A DNA stretch of 32,000 nucleotides from Aliinostoc sp. HNIBRCY26 (GTDB lineage: Bacteria; Cyanobacteriota; Cyanobacteriia; Cyanobacteriales; Nostocaceae), in the NCBI RefSeq assembly GCF_050235535.1, contig NZ_CP189852.1, positions 6,324,585-6,356,584 on the forward strand, in the 5' to 3' direction. Below the pieces are notes generated by a model. The model was not told the DNA's origin, made no database searches, and saw only the letters and a program-made list of their open reading frames with translations. Position numbers and translations under genes: made by a program. Numbering within the stretch: position 1 is the stretch's first letter; each line of letters begins with the position of its first letter. Shown here one piece after another: positions 22,679 through 31,433 of the stretch.

Positions 22679-24952
22679 ATGAATTTAATCGTCTCACTCT
22701 CCCAACTCAATCCCCTTCGCAAACAAACACCACCGCCAGAATTAGGAACAGCACAAAGTCAAATCCCCTCCCGTGTCAAAACTCCTACCCTCTTGCAAAT
22801 GGAAGCCGTGGAGTGTGGAGCGGCGGCTTTAGGAATTATTTTGGCGTACTACCGTAAAATTGTCCCCTTAGCCGAACTGCGCCAAAGTTGCGGCATTTCC
22901 CGTGATGGTAGCAAAGCTTCTAATATGATTAAAGCTGCCAGAAACTATGGAATGCAGGCTAAAGGTTTTAAAAAGCAGTTGGAGCAATTAAAAACACTCC
23001 GTCCGCCATATATTGTCTTTTGGAATTTCAATCATTTTTTAGTAGTTGAGGGATTTAAAAAAAATTGGGTTTACCTGAATGACCCAGCCACAGGGCCAAG
23101 ACGAGTTTCCTATCAAGAATTTGATGAAGCTTATACAGGGGTTGTCCTGGTCATGGAACCAGGAACAGAATTTCAACGCGGCGGTCGTAAACCTAGCTTA
23201 ATTGGCTCTTTGGTAGATAGATTACAGAGTTCTTGGGGGGCTATTCTCTATTGTTTACTTGCGGGATTTTTCCTAGTTATTCCGGGTTTAGTTTTACCAG
23301 TATTTAACCAGATTTTTGTTGATCAAGTTCTTGTAGAAAACCGTACAGATTGGTTGCGTCCACTCATTTTGGGCATGGGCATCACTGTATTTATTCAGGG
23401 ATGGCTAACATTTTTGCAAAGACGGTTTTTAAGAAAATTAAATATTAAGTTATCAGTGGAAATGTCCAGCCAATTTATCCACCATATTTTGCGCTTGCCA
23501 GTAGGATTTTATGCTCAAAGATTTGCCGGAGAAATCAGCAGTCGGATTAATATTAATACCAAAGTTGCAGAAGTGCTATCAGGTCAATTAGCGAGGACTG
23601 TAATTGATACGGTCATGGTAGTATTTTATGCCATAGTGATGTTTGCTTATGATGGGGTATTAACGGCTATTAGTGTGTGTTTTGTGGCAATTAATATCCT
23701 GGCATTACAGTGGGTTTCACGGCAACGCACAGATATGTATATGCGAACTATACAAGACCGGGGTAAAGTCGCAGGGACAGAAATTGCTGCACTCCAAAGT
23801 ATGGAAACCCTCAAAGCCTCAGCTTTGGAGTCAGATTTCTTCTCACGCTGGTCTGGTTACTATACAAAATTGATTAATGGTCAGCAGGAACTAGGGATTA
23901 CCAATCAAGTATTAGGGGTTTTACCGCCATTTTTGACTAGTTTAAGTTCACTATCAATTTTAGCGATCGGTGGACTGCGGGTCATGGATGGATATCTCAG
24001 CATTGGGATGTTAGTTGCTTTCCAAAGTTTAATGACTAGCTTTTTAACTCCGGTCAACTCTCTAGTTAATTTTGGCAGTACCCTACAAGAATTAGAGGGT
24101 GATTTGACTCGTTTGGATGATGTGTTGCGAAACCCGACTGATCCAGAATTGGACAGTCAAGATACAGATATTCAGCCAGTACAGTATGCTTCACCCTGTC
24201 AACTCCGGGGATACGTAGAATTTAAAAATGTCACATTTGGCTATTCGCGCACAGATGAGCCACTAATTAAAGACCTGAGTTTTCAGCTAAAACCAGGAGA
24301 AAGAGTTGCTTTAGTTGGTGGTAGCGGTTCAGGTAAATCAACAGTTGCTAAATTGTTAGCCGGACTTTACCAACCTTGGTCGGGGGTAATTCTGTTTGAT
24401 GGTATTCCCAGAGAGAAAATCCCCAGGTCAGTCATGTCTAATTCTCTGGCGATCGTAGAACAGGAGATTTTTTTATATGCTGGTACTGTCAGGGAAAATT
24501 TAACATTATGGGACGATACTGTACCCAATTCGCAATTAATCCGGGCTTGTAAAGATGCTGCCATTCACGAAGCCATTTTAGCTTTACCTGGGGGCTATGA
24601 TAGCCACTTGCTTGAGGGTGCAGCTAATTTAAGCGGAGGACAACGTCAGCGTTTGGAAATTGCTCGTGCATTAGTCAATGATCCGACAATTTTAGTCATG
24701 GATGAAGCGACCAGTGCTTTAGATGCAGAGACAGAAAAAATTATTGACCGAAATCTACGCTATCGGGGATGTTCTTGCATTATTGTGGCTCACCGTTTAA
24801 GTACCATCCGCGACTGTAATGAAATCATTGTTCTAGAAAAAGGTCAGGTAATACAGCGAGGTAATCATCAACAGATGTCACAGATAGATAGCCCTTATGC
24901 AAAATTAATTCAATTGGAGCAAACTAGTAGTTCACCAACCCAAAATTGCTAG
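22679..24952 (+). CDS. NHLP-family bacteriocin export ABC transporter with an N-terminal C39 double-glycine peptidase domain (peptidase/permease/ATPase)
   Basis: This is the 757-aa track ORF. The C39 catalytic Cys block is LLQMEAVECGAAALGIILAYY, and the His region is WNFNHFLVVEG. A six-TM region follows. The ATPase motifs are Walker A GGSGSGKST, signature LSGGQRQRLEIARAL and Walker B ILVMDEATSALD. Confidence 0.9.
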   Translation: MNLIVSLSQLNPLRKQTPPPELGTAQSQIPSRVKTPTLLQMEAVECGAAALGIILAYYRKIVPLAELRQSCGISRDGSKASNMIKAARNYGMQAKGFKKQLEQLKTLRPPYIVFWNFNHFLVVEGFKKNWVYLNDPATGPRRVSYQEFDEAYTGVVLVMEPGTEFQRGGRKPSLIGSLVDRLQSSWGAILYCLLAGFFLVIPGLVLPVFNQIFVDQVLVENRTDWLRPLILGMGITVFIQGWLTFLQRRFLRKLNIKLSVEMSSQFIHHILRLPVGFYAQRFAGEISSRININTKVAEVLSGQLARTVIDTVMVVFYAIVMFAYDGVLTAISVCFVAINILALQWVSRQRTDMYMRTIQDRGKVAGTEIAALQSMETLKASALESDFFSRWSGYYTKLINGQQELGITNQVLGVLPPFLTSLSSLSILAIGGLRVMDGYLSIGMLVAFQSLMTSFLTPVNSLVNFGSTLQELEGDLTRLDDVLRNPTDPELDSQDTDIQPVQYASPCQLRGYVEFKNVTFGYSRTDEPLIKDLSFQLKPGERVALVGGSGSGKSTVAKLLAGLYQPWSGVILFDGIPREKIPRSVMSNSLAIVEQEIFLYAGTVRENLTLWDDTVPNSQLIRACKDAAIHEAILALPGGYDSHLLEGAANLSGGQRQRLEIARALVNDPTILVMDEATSALDAETEKIIDRNLRYRGCSCIIVAHRLSTIRDCNEIIVLEKGQVIQRGNHQQMSQIDSPYAKLIQLEQTSSSPTQNC

Positions 24953-25073
24953 GCTAAGGCAAGCAGGGGGAGCAGGGGGAGAAAGAGATTTTTTTTGCTG
25001 CTATTAACCTTACAAAGTTCTCTTGGCAGACTACTAGTGGGTAATTTGGCACGTTTATAGCCACAGAAAAAAT

Positions 25074-25257
25074 TTAAGTAGAACGACTTGAAAAACCAAA
25101 CTATGTAAAGTAATGTAAAAAGATTGGAATCTAGTTCGTAGTAAGGACTTCAGTCCTTATCAGAGGACTAAAGTCCTCTCTACGAGACGCTGCGCGTAGC
25201 TTGCTTCCCCGGAGGGGTACACTACAAACCTTGGATTATTTACACCGTTCTACTTAA
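25074..25257. mobile_element. MITE-like ~184-bp element bounded by 12-bp terminal inverted repeats, with internal hairpins
   Basis: TTAAGTAGAACG at 25074-25085 is the exact reverse complement of CGTTCTACTTAA at 25246-25257. Inside the element, tcgtag (25135-25140) pairs with ctacga (25181-25186), enclosing two stem-loops (aaggact-tca-gtcctt and gaggact-aaa-gtcctc). The GC-rich module at 25186-25222 is shared, inverted, with 12678-12714. The element has no coding capacity. Confidence 0.55.
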
Positions 25258-25277
25258 TAGCAAAGTAAAAGTATAAA

Positions 25278-27848
25278 TTAGCTATTAATAAAGCCAACTC
25301 TTAATACAATATCGTTATAGTCAAAGTCACTAGCAGAGCCAAGTAAATCTTCAAACCCAAACAAATTATTACCTAAATTAACAATGTGAGACTGTCCATC
25401 TTGGTTTGCTGTGCCGAAAGAGAAAAACACGTGCGATGCACCACTTAACCCTTCGCCTAAATTGCCATTTGCTACAATAAATGGTGCAAAAAAAGCACCC
25501 CCAGTTAAACTACTGGACACCACATTACTAGAGCGATCGCTTACAGTCAAATCAACACCAACACGGCGCGAATTTAACGCATCTTTGATGTATTGTTGGC
25601 GATTAAAATTACTCGCGCCTGGTGTATTATCGTTAATTGTGCCATCAGCATCATCTACCAAATAGAAACCGACTAAGTTATCATATAAAGCTTCTCGATG
25701 CAGAGTGCATTGAACGTCAACTGTCCCTGTAGCTGAACGTAGGTCTAAAAGAGCATTGTTATTTTCTGTATTGATACCAAATTTGAGTGCGTCGGTAGTA
25801 GCTTCAACTTCTAAGATGCTTTGATCAGACCATTGCAAGCCAAATAATGCAGAGAAGATAGATTCAGGGTTTTGAAAATCAGTAATTGTCAAATCTGAAT
25901 TTGTGTTATTACCCCATAATATTAATTGACTAGATTTCCCAAAATTCTTGATTTGGTAAAACAGGTATTTAGCACCGCCATTTAAAATCAATTCGCGGTC
26001 AGAATCACCACCCAAAGCATCTGGTAAAGTGGAGAAAATAATTTGTTTACGCGACATGACGGCTGCTTCATAACCTGCATCACCGGGCTGTAAGTCACCT
26101 ATATGGCCTGCACTATCATCTACCTCAATGCAGCCATACTCGTACACACTATTTTGAGCATTAGCACGAGACTTTAACTTAAACCGGAAAGTTTGTTGGA
26201 ATCCTGTGTTTGCATGAATTGATAAGACATTATTTTCAATTGATAAGACATTGTTTTCAATTGGTAAGACATTATTGTCGTTGGGGCTAGCAGTTACAGG
26301 AATGGTGAGAATTAATTGACCACCTTCAGCGTGTCTACCATTGAGAACATCCGTCGAATTTGCTGGATTGACAACTGTATGGGCTTGGACATTAAATAGA
26401 TATGTACCAAAACCAGAAACAAGGCTTTTACCAACTTCAATAATCCCAGAAGATTCCCATTGACCCTTAATATCTGGATTGTTGAACTGGCTACCAGCAG
26501 CATTTTCATCGAGGTAAAATAACGGGACAATTTCTTTAGTTTTGGGATTAAAAGACCAAATTGCCGCCTCTCGGTTTTCAGCCTTGAGCAAGTCGCCACC
26601 AAAAGCGGTTTCGTCCTCCATGATGAGAACGTTACCATATCTGTCTACAACAATGTTGTCATAACTGGTTCCCTTTCCAGGCCCCCCAGTCAGCAACAAT
26701 TCAAAATTATTGATTGTGCCTGTGGGGTCGTCAGGATTTAAGGTAAAGCTATAGAGTCTACCATAGGGGTTTTCTGCTAAGTCGGGAGTGGCTACATCAG
26801 AGCCAGTAGGATTTCCTGGTGGTTTCTTGGTTCCGGTGGTGACAAAGTAAAAAGTTCCTGGGTTGTTGGGGTCTTCTGCGAAATCTTCAATACGCTGGAA
26901 GTTAGTTGAATTACCTCCTGCATTCACAAAAGCAGTCAAATCTGTACCAGTAGTTTTTGGTGTACTATCAGAATTAAAGACTGCTGATTTATCAATCTTT
27001 GTCCATTGGGCTGTGGTTTTGCCAGTTACTTGTCCTTCATAGTCTACATTATCAACCTTCAGGACGTACAAATCACCATTTTGGAAGCCATTGGGGTCAT
27101 CTGGAGTCTGGTTCCCCACCCACATATAAAGTTCACCGTCAGCATTATCTTCTGTGGCAAACAGTACAGTTTTATCAGAGTTGGTAGCCCGATATTGGGA
27201 AGCAGCAACTACATTTTCTTTAGCATAGCGACCTAAACCATCTAGTGCTGTGGCTGTACCGTCTGGTGTAACAGCCCAACCCCGACTGGTGTTATTACTT
27301 TCTTCTGGTGCAAAATAAATAGGAACTTCTTGACCGTTGCTGTCCACAAAACCTTTATCAGCCAGAAAAGCAGAACAAAAGCGACCGAAAGCAGCAAGAG
27401 GATTACCCTCGTTAATGTATGCACCCGTAAAAGTATTTAGCGTGTAAGAGCCTGTAGTATCTACTGCTTGGTCAATAAGATTTTTACCGCCCAGAACGTT
27501 CCAGTTTTCGTCAAATACAAACAGGGAAACTCTCGCACCGACGATTTGATTTGTACCAGCCGTTGTGGAAATACTTGTGGTAGTGCCACTTCCTAGTTCA
27601 TGGTTTACCCAGACGTAATTATATGTTTTGCCTGCGATCTCTACTTGTGTCGAGCCTAATCCATCTGGGATGCCGGTAAAGGCAAATTTTTGAGCAGCAT
27701 CAAAAGTTGGGGCAGAAGAACTACTAAAGGTACTTATTAATAAAGGTACTTCATCGCCTACTGTCAACAAAGGAACAATTTTGTAAGGTGATTTGTCAGC
27801 AAGGCTCACGTAAGCAGAAGCAGTGGTTTTGCCGTTTTCAATAGCCAT
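25278..27848 (-). CDS. Large extracellular-type protein: PhoX/DUF839-like beta-propeller N-terminal region and a C-terminal DUF4114 domain
   Basis: This is the 856-aa track ORF. The N-terminal pattern [13 protein letters not shown]...FTGIPDGLG...YVWVNHELG resembles the DUF839/PhoX family. The C-terminal [24 protein letters not shown] is a DUF4114-type signature. An internal 7-aa triple repeat reads [21 protein letters not shown]. No obvious signal peptide is present at the annotated start. Confidence 0.55.
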   Translation of the reverse strand: MAIENGKTTASAYVSLADKSPYKIVPLLTVGDEVPLLISTFSSSSAPTFDAAQKFAFTGIPDGLGSTQVEIAGKTYNYVWVNHELGSGTTTSISTTAGTNQIVGARVSLFVFDENWNVLGGKNLIDQAVDTTGSYTLNTFTGAYINEGNPLAAFGRFCSAFLADKGFVDSNGQEVPIYFAPEESNNTSRGWAVTPDGTATALDGLGRYAKENVVAASQYRATNSDKTVLFATEDNADGELYMWVGNQTPDDPNGFQNGDLYVLKVDNVDYEGQVTGKTTAQWTKIDKSAVFNSDSTPKTTGTDLTAFVNAGGNSTNFQRIEDFAEDPNNPGTFYFVTTGTKKPPGNPTGSDVATPDLAENPYGRLYSFTLNPDDPTGTINNFELLLTGGPGKGTSYDNIVVDRYGNVLIMEDETAFGGDLLKAENREAAIWSFNPKTKEIVPLFYLDENAAGSQFNNPDIKGQWESSGIIEVGKSLVSGFGTYLFNVQAHTVVNPANSTDVLNGRHAEGGQLILTIPVTASPNDNNVLPIENNVLSIENNVLSIHANTGFQQTFRFKLKSRANAQNSVYEYGCIEVDDSAGHIGDLQPGDAGYEAAVMSRKQIIFSTLPDALGGDSDRELILNGGAKYLFYQIKNFGKSSQLILWGNNTNSDLTITDFQNPESIFSALFGLQWSDQSILEVEATTDALKFGINTENNNALLDLRSATGTVDVQCTLHREALYDNLVGFYLVDDADGTINDNTPGASNFNRQQYIKDALNSRRVGVDLTVSDRSSNVVSSSLTGGAFFAPFIVANGNLGEGLSGASHVFFSFGTANQDGQSHIVNLGNNLFGFEDLLGSASDFDYNDIVLRVGFINS
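26221..26283. repeat. Three tandem 21-bp units inside the PhoX-like gene
   Basis: The units are gataagacattattttcaatt, gataagacattgttttcaatt and ggtaagacattattgtcgttg. On the coding (minus) strand they encode the (N-N-V-L-[PS]-I-[EH]) x3 repeat. Confidence 0.85.
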
Positions 27849-28147
27849 ATTTCAAAATGCTTATACTTAGTTAGAAATTTCACCACTATTAAAGCAACAT
27901 AAAATTTTATCTGCCTAAGTAATTTCACGATATATTCGATTTTGTGAATTGAAAGAAAAGATGTCTGAAAATTCAAGTAAAAGCTTACCGAATCCATTCA
28001 TCTACCACTACAAAGATTTTTGTAATTAGTGTTGATAATTATTGGCAACCGAAATAAACAGTCAACTGTCAAAAATCAACTATCAACATCCCTACTACCA
28101 AAAAAAATCGTAACAATAGAAGGCGATCGCTATAAACTCTAACTCAG
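27849..28147. promoter_or_regulatory. Divergent promoter region between the PhoX-like gene (minus) and the P450 gene (plus)
   Basis: This is a ~300-bp AT-rich spacer between divergent genes. It contains a 22-codon ORF at 27961-28029 (see findings). Confidence 0.3.
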
Positions 28148-29530
28148 ATGACAGTTACTCATAACTTACCCGACGGGCCAAAACTCCCTTATTTCATACG
28201 GTTGTTTAAATTCATTACTCAACCAACTGGGTATTTAGAAGATTTTACCCGTGTTTATGGTGATAATTTCACCATTTGGAGACAGAATAAAGAAAATCAA
28301 ATAGTCTATTTCAGTCACCCCCAAGCTTTAGAGCAGATTTTCACGGCTGATGGTAAATACTTTCAGAGTGGGGGAGGGGGCGGTATTTTAAAAGTTTTGT
28401 TGGGTGATAATTCTCTGATTTTACTAGATGGCGATCGCCACCAGCGTCAACGGCAATTACTCACCCCGCCTTTTCATGGCGAAAGAATGCGGGCTTACGG
28501 TCAAGCCATCCAAGAAATCACGCAACAAGTGAGCAGTGAATGGGAAATTGGCAAACCCTTCAATATTCGCCACTCCATGCAGGAAATTACCATGCGCGTG
28601 ATTTTGCGGGTAGTTTTTGGCGTGGATGAGGGAGAAATGTACCAAAAATTGCGGGAGTTGCTCACTTCTGTTTTAGATTTAATGGGTTCTGCTGTGTTTT
28701 CTACAGCCCTGTTTTTCAACTTCATGCAAAAAGATTTAGGCGCGTGGAGTCCTTGGGGGCGAGTGCTGCGCCTCATTCAACAAATTGACCAGTTAATTTA
28801 TGCGTTAATTGCCCAGCGTCGGACGGAATTAGGGGAAAATCGCCAAGATATCCTGAGTTTATTAATCTCGGCTCGTTATGAAGATGGTCAGCCGATGTCA
28901 GATGCTGAATTACGTGATGAATTAATGACAATGCTAGTTGCAGGACATGAAACCACTGCGTCTGCATTAACTTGGGCATTTTATTGGCTTGACCAATTAC
29001 CGGATGTGCGTAAAAAATTATTACAGGAATTAGCTACCCTTGATGTTAACTCAGAACCGAGTCACATTGCCCGTCTACCTTACTTAACAGCCGTTAGCCA
29101 AGAAACTTTAAGAATATATCCCATTGTTTTGGCAGGGTTTTTAAGAATAGTCAAATCGCCAATAGAGATTATGGGTTATCAACTACCCAAAGGAACATTA
29201 GTAGTCCCCAGTATTTATTTAGCCCATCACCGCGAATCAGTATATCCGCAGTCTCAAAAATTCCAACCAGAAAGATTTTTACAAAGGCAATTTTCCCCTT
29301 ACGAGTATCTACCGTTTGGGGGCGGGAATCGTCGGTGTATAGGTTTGGCTTTTGCTCAGTATGAAATGAAAATTGTTTTGGCGACAGTTTTAGCTCAATA
29401 TCAAGTTTCTCTAGTGAATAAACGTCCTGTGCGTCCTGTGCGCCGTGGTTTAACATTAGCCGCACCAGCCGGAATGCGAATGGTTGCAACACCGCAATTA
29501 ATTTCCGTAAATACATCTGTAATAGTGTAA
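28148..29530 (+). CDS. Cytochrome P450
   Basis: This is the 460-aa track ORF. The I-helix motif is VAGHETTA, the K-helix ExxR is in SQETLRIYP, and the heme-thiolate loop is FGGGNRRCIGLAFA (FxxGxRxCxG). Confidence 0.9.
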   Translation: MTVTHNLPDGPKLPYFIRLFKFITQPTGYLEDFTRVYGDNFTIWRQNKENQIVYFSHPQALEQIFTADGKYFQSGGGGGILKVLLGDNSLILLDGDRHQRQRQLLTPPFHGERMRAYGQAIQEITQQVSSEWEIGKPFNIRHSMQEITMRVILRVVFGVDEGEMYQKLRELLTSVLDLMGSAVFSTALFFNFMQKDLGAWSPWGRVLRLIQQIDQLIYALIAQRRTELGENRQDILSLLISARYEDGQPMSDAELRDELMTMLVAGHETTASALTWAFYWLDQLPDVRKKLLQELATLDVNSEPSHIARLPYLTAVSQETLRIYPIVLAGFLRIVKSPIEIMGYQLPKGTLVVPSIYLAHHRESVYPQSQKFQPERFLQRQFSPYEYLPFGGGNRRCIGLAFAQYEMKIVLATVLAQYQVSLVNKRPVRPVRRGLTLAAPAGMRMVATPQLISVNTSVIV

Positions 29531-29634
29531 ACACCGTAGTTTGACGATCGCTCTAGGCGAATGATGGCAATTGCTTCTACCCTTAAAATAAGAGCCTGTT
29601 TGATGGCGAGCATGAACTGCGTAAACCAGCACAG

Positions 29635-31296
29635 ATGAAAAATTCCTCACCTCACCGCCCCCGATTTTTCCGCTTCTCCATCAGCAGAAGCAGAAAATCT
29701 CTGTTACTAACTTTGAGTTGGATATTGCTGTCAATTGGTACGTCAATTCTGATTATTCTCACACAACCAATAGCACCAGCCCCCGCCCAAACGCCAAATA
29801 CTGAAAATACCACCCCAGCCAACTCAGAGACATCATCGGACGAAACACTCCGGGATACACTCAGGCGATCGCGTCAATCTCCAGATACTCCCCCACCTGA
29901 TCCAGCAGAAATCGCTCGGTTACTCAAACTCCAAGAAGCAGACAAACTATATTTAGCAGGTAAAGTTGCCGAGGCGCAAAAGCTTTACCGCGAAGCCAAA
30001 GCACCGTTTAATAAAGACAGTGAAGCCTCTGTTGAACTCAAACCAGCCATCACCGACCCCGCCCTACTTTCACCCGCAGGTAGGGTATACTGGCGTGAGG
30101 CACAAGACGGTATCGCTAAAAAGCTGCAAACCAAAGCTCTAGTACCTCTACAATTATTAGTTGAGCAGAATCCCGAATTTATTCCTGGTCATATCAGCTA
30201 CGCTGAGGTTTTAACTCAATACGATCGCACCAAGGAAGCATTAGATGTTTTAGAACGAGGTTCTTCTCTGTACCCTGACCAACCAGAATTAATTAAAGCT
30301 AGGGTGACAGCCTTAGCCAATGCAAAGAAATGGATGGAAGCATCCATCGCCGCCCGTCAATTTGCCATTCTTTACCCCCAAAATCCCCAAGCGTCGGAAT
30401 TTAACGAACTAGCGGAAACCAATCTCAAACGTTACAAATCTCACATTCGCTCAGAAATTCGAGGTAATGTGATTAGTAATGTGATTACTGGTGCATTAGG
30501 TTACGCCGTTACGGGTAGTTTATTGGGGCCATTTTCCGCCCTTGATTCGACGATTTTGCTGTTACAGGGGGAAGGCTCTGTGGGGGAATCGGTGGCGAAA
30601 CAGGCGAAAAAGCAGCTACCTTTAGTCATCGATGAGCCGACATTAGCATATGTCAATGATATTGGGCAGAAATTAGCCAAAATTGCGGGTAGAAAAGAAT
30701 TTAAATATGAGTTTTTCGTCATTCCTGAAGAAGACCTCAACGCCTTTGCGCTCCCTGGAGGGAAAGTATTTATTAATGCAGGTGCGATCGCTAAAACTAA
30801 CTCCGAAGCTGAACTAGCCGGATTAATCGGACATGAATTATCTCACGTAGTTTTATCCCACGGCTTTCAACTAGTTACCCAAGGTAATCTCATTTCCAAC
30901 GTTACCCAATATTTACCTTTTGGCGGCACCATCGGACAACTATTTGCCTTAACTTACAGTCGTGACATGGAACGACAAGCCGATATTCTCGGTACACGCT
31001 TAATAGTTGCTAGCGGTTATGCGGCTGATGGCTTGCGTAACCTAATGGTGACATTAGACAAACAAAAGAAATTCAGCGTTCCTACTTGGTTATCCTCCCA
31101 CCCAGGCGGAAACGAACGAGTTAGTTATCTAGAAAACATGATTACTCGCAATAGCTACAACCGCTACGCTTTTGAAGGTGTAGAACGTCACACAGAAATT
31201 AAAGCCAGGGTGAAGAAACTGCTCAAAGAGAGAAAAGAACAAGCAGAAAAAAAGCAACCAACTGATGAATCAAAAGACAAAATTTTGCGTCAATAA
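29635..31296 (+). CDS. Membrane-anchored TPR-containing M48 family zinc metallopeptidase
   Basis: This is the 553-aa track ORF. An N-terminal TM/signal anchor (LLLTLSWILLSIGTSILIIL) is followed by a low-complexity Pro/Thr linker and TPR-like helices (EADKLYLAGKVAEAQKLYREA..., EALDVLERGSSLYPDQPELIKA...). The zinc site HExxH is in LIGHELSHVVLSHG, with a downstream ERQADILG. Confidence 0.85.
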   Translation: MKNSSPHRPRFFRFSISRSRKSLLLTLSWILLSIGTSILIILTQPIAPAPAQTPNTENTTPANSETSSDETLRDTLRRSRQSPDTPPPDPAEIARLLKLQEADKLYLAGKVAEAQKLYREAKAPFNKDSEASVELKPAITDPALLSPAGRVYWREAQDGIAKKLQTKALVPLQLLVEQNPEFIPGHISYAEVLTQYDRTKEALDVLERGSSLYPDQPELIKARVTALANAKKWMEASIAARQFAILYPQNPQASEFNELAETNLKRYKSHIRSEIRGNVISNVITGALGYAVTGSLLGPFSALDSTILLLQGEGSVGESVAKQAKKQLPLVIDEPTLAYVNDIGQKLAKIAGRKEFKYEFFVIPEEDLNAFALPGGKVFINAGAIAKTNSEAELAGLIGHELSHVVLSHGFQLVTQGNLISNVTQYLPFGGTIGQLFALTYSRDMERQADILGTRLIVASGYAADGLRNLMVTLDKQKKFSVPTWLSSHPGGNERVSYLENMITRNSYNRYAFEGVERHTEIKARVKKLLKERKEQAEKKQPTDESKDKILRQ

Positions 31297-31307
31297 AGAT
31301 ATTAGAC

Positions 31308-31371
31308 CAATTCGCAATTCGCAATGGACTAGCGTCCCGCTACGCTAACGCAATTCGCAATTCGCAATTTT
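31308..31371. repeat. CAATTCG heptamer (STRR) array interrupted by a 25-nt hairpin-containing insert
   Basis: The sequence is caattcg caattcg caat | ggactagcgtcccgctacgctaacg | caattcg caattcg caatttt. In the insert, agcgt (31331-31335) and acgct (31342-31346) can pair. The insert shares tagcgtc/cgctac strings with the repeat family at 12650-12721. Confidence 0.8.
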
Positions 31372-31433
31372 TAACAGTGAATAGTGATAACTGTTATTAG
31401 TTTCCTATTCTGTGTCCACTGGAGGAGCATTTT

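Noticed and set aside
14108-24952. NHLP- or Nif11-leader precursor genes expected next to the export trio
   Set aside because: I looked for them but found none. No ORF in the window, long or short, shows the characteristic leader sequences or a GG/GA cleavage motif followed by a short core. I therefore report their absence and do not call a precursor.
24953-25015. The direct repeat agcaggggg-agcaggggg followed by a T-run after the ABC transporter stop, considered as an intrinsic terminator
   Set aside because: The G-rich repeats are direct, not inverted. I could not find a convincing stem preceding the T-run.
25135-25186. The cloverleaf-like stem-loops inside the MITE-like element, considered as a tRNA or tRNA fragment
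   Set aside because: There are only two arms plus a closing stem. There are no T-loop (GTTCRANNC) or D-loop consensus sequences and no acceptor/CCA geometry. The sequence matches the hairpin-repeat style of dispersed cyanobacterial elements instead.
1985-29613. The many 60-120-aa track ORFs nested in or antisense to the large genes. Examples are 1985-2224, 2384-2650, 3187-3378, 3679-3867, 5116-5382, 5666-5902, 5913-6143, 8125-8575, 9616-10354, 11246-11862, 13015-13248, 14223-14459, 16032-16262, 16906-17250, 17869-18060, 19248-19469, 20505-20762, 21385-21715, 22672-22857, 23673-23873, 24367-24564, 25411-27424, 27806-27997, 28457-28979 and 29169-29613.
   Set aside because: Each is fully overlapped by a much longer ORF that has clear family motifs. 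Their translations are low-complexity or Arg/Ser/Leu-rich in the way typical of off-frame reads. None shows a recognisable domain.
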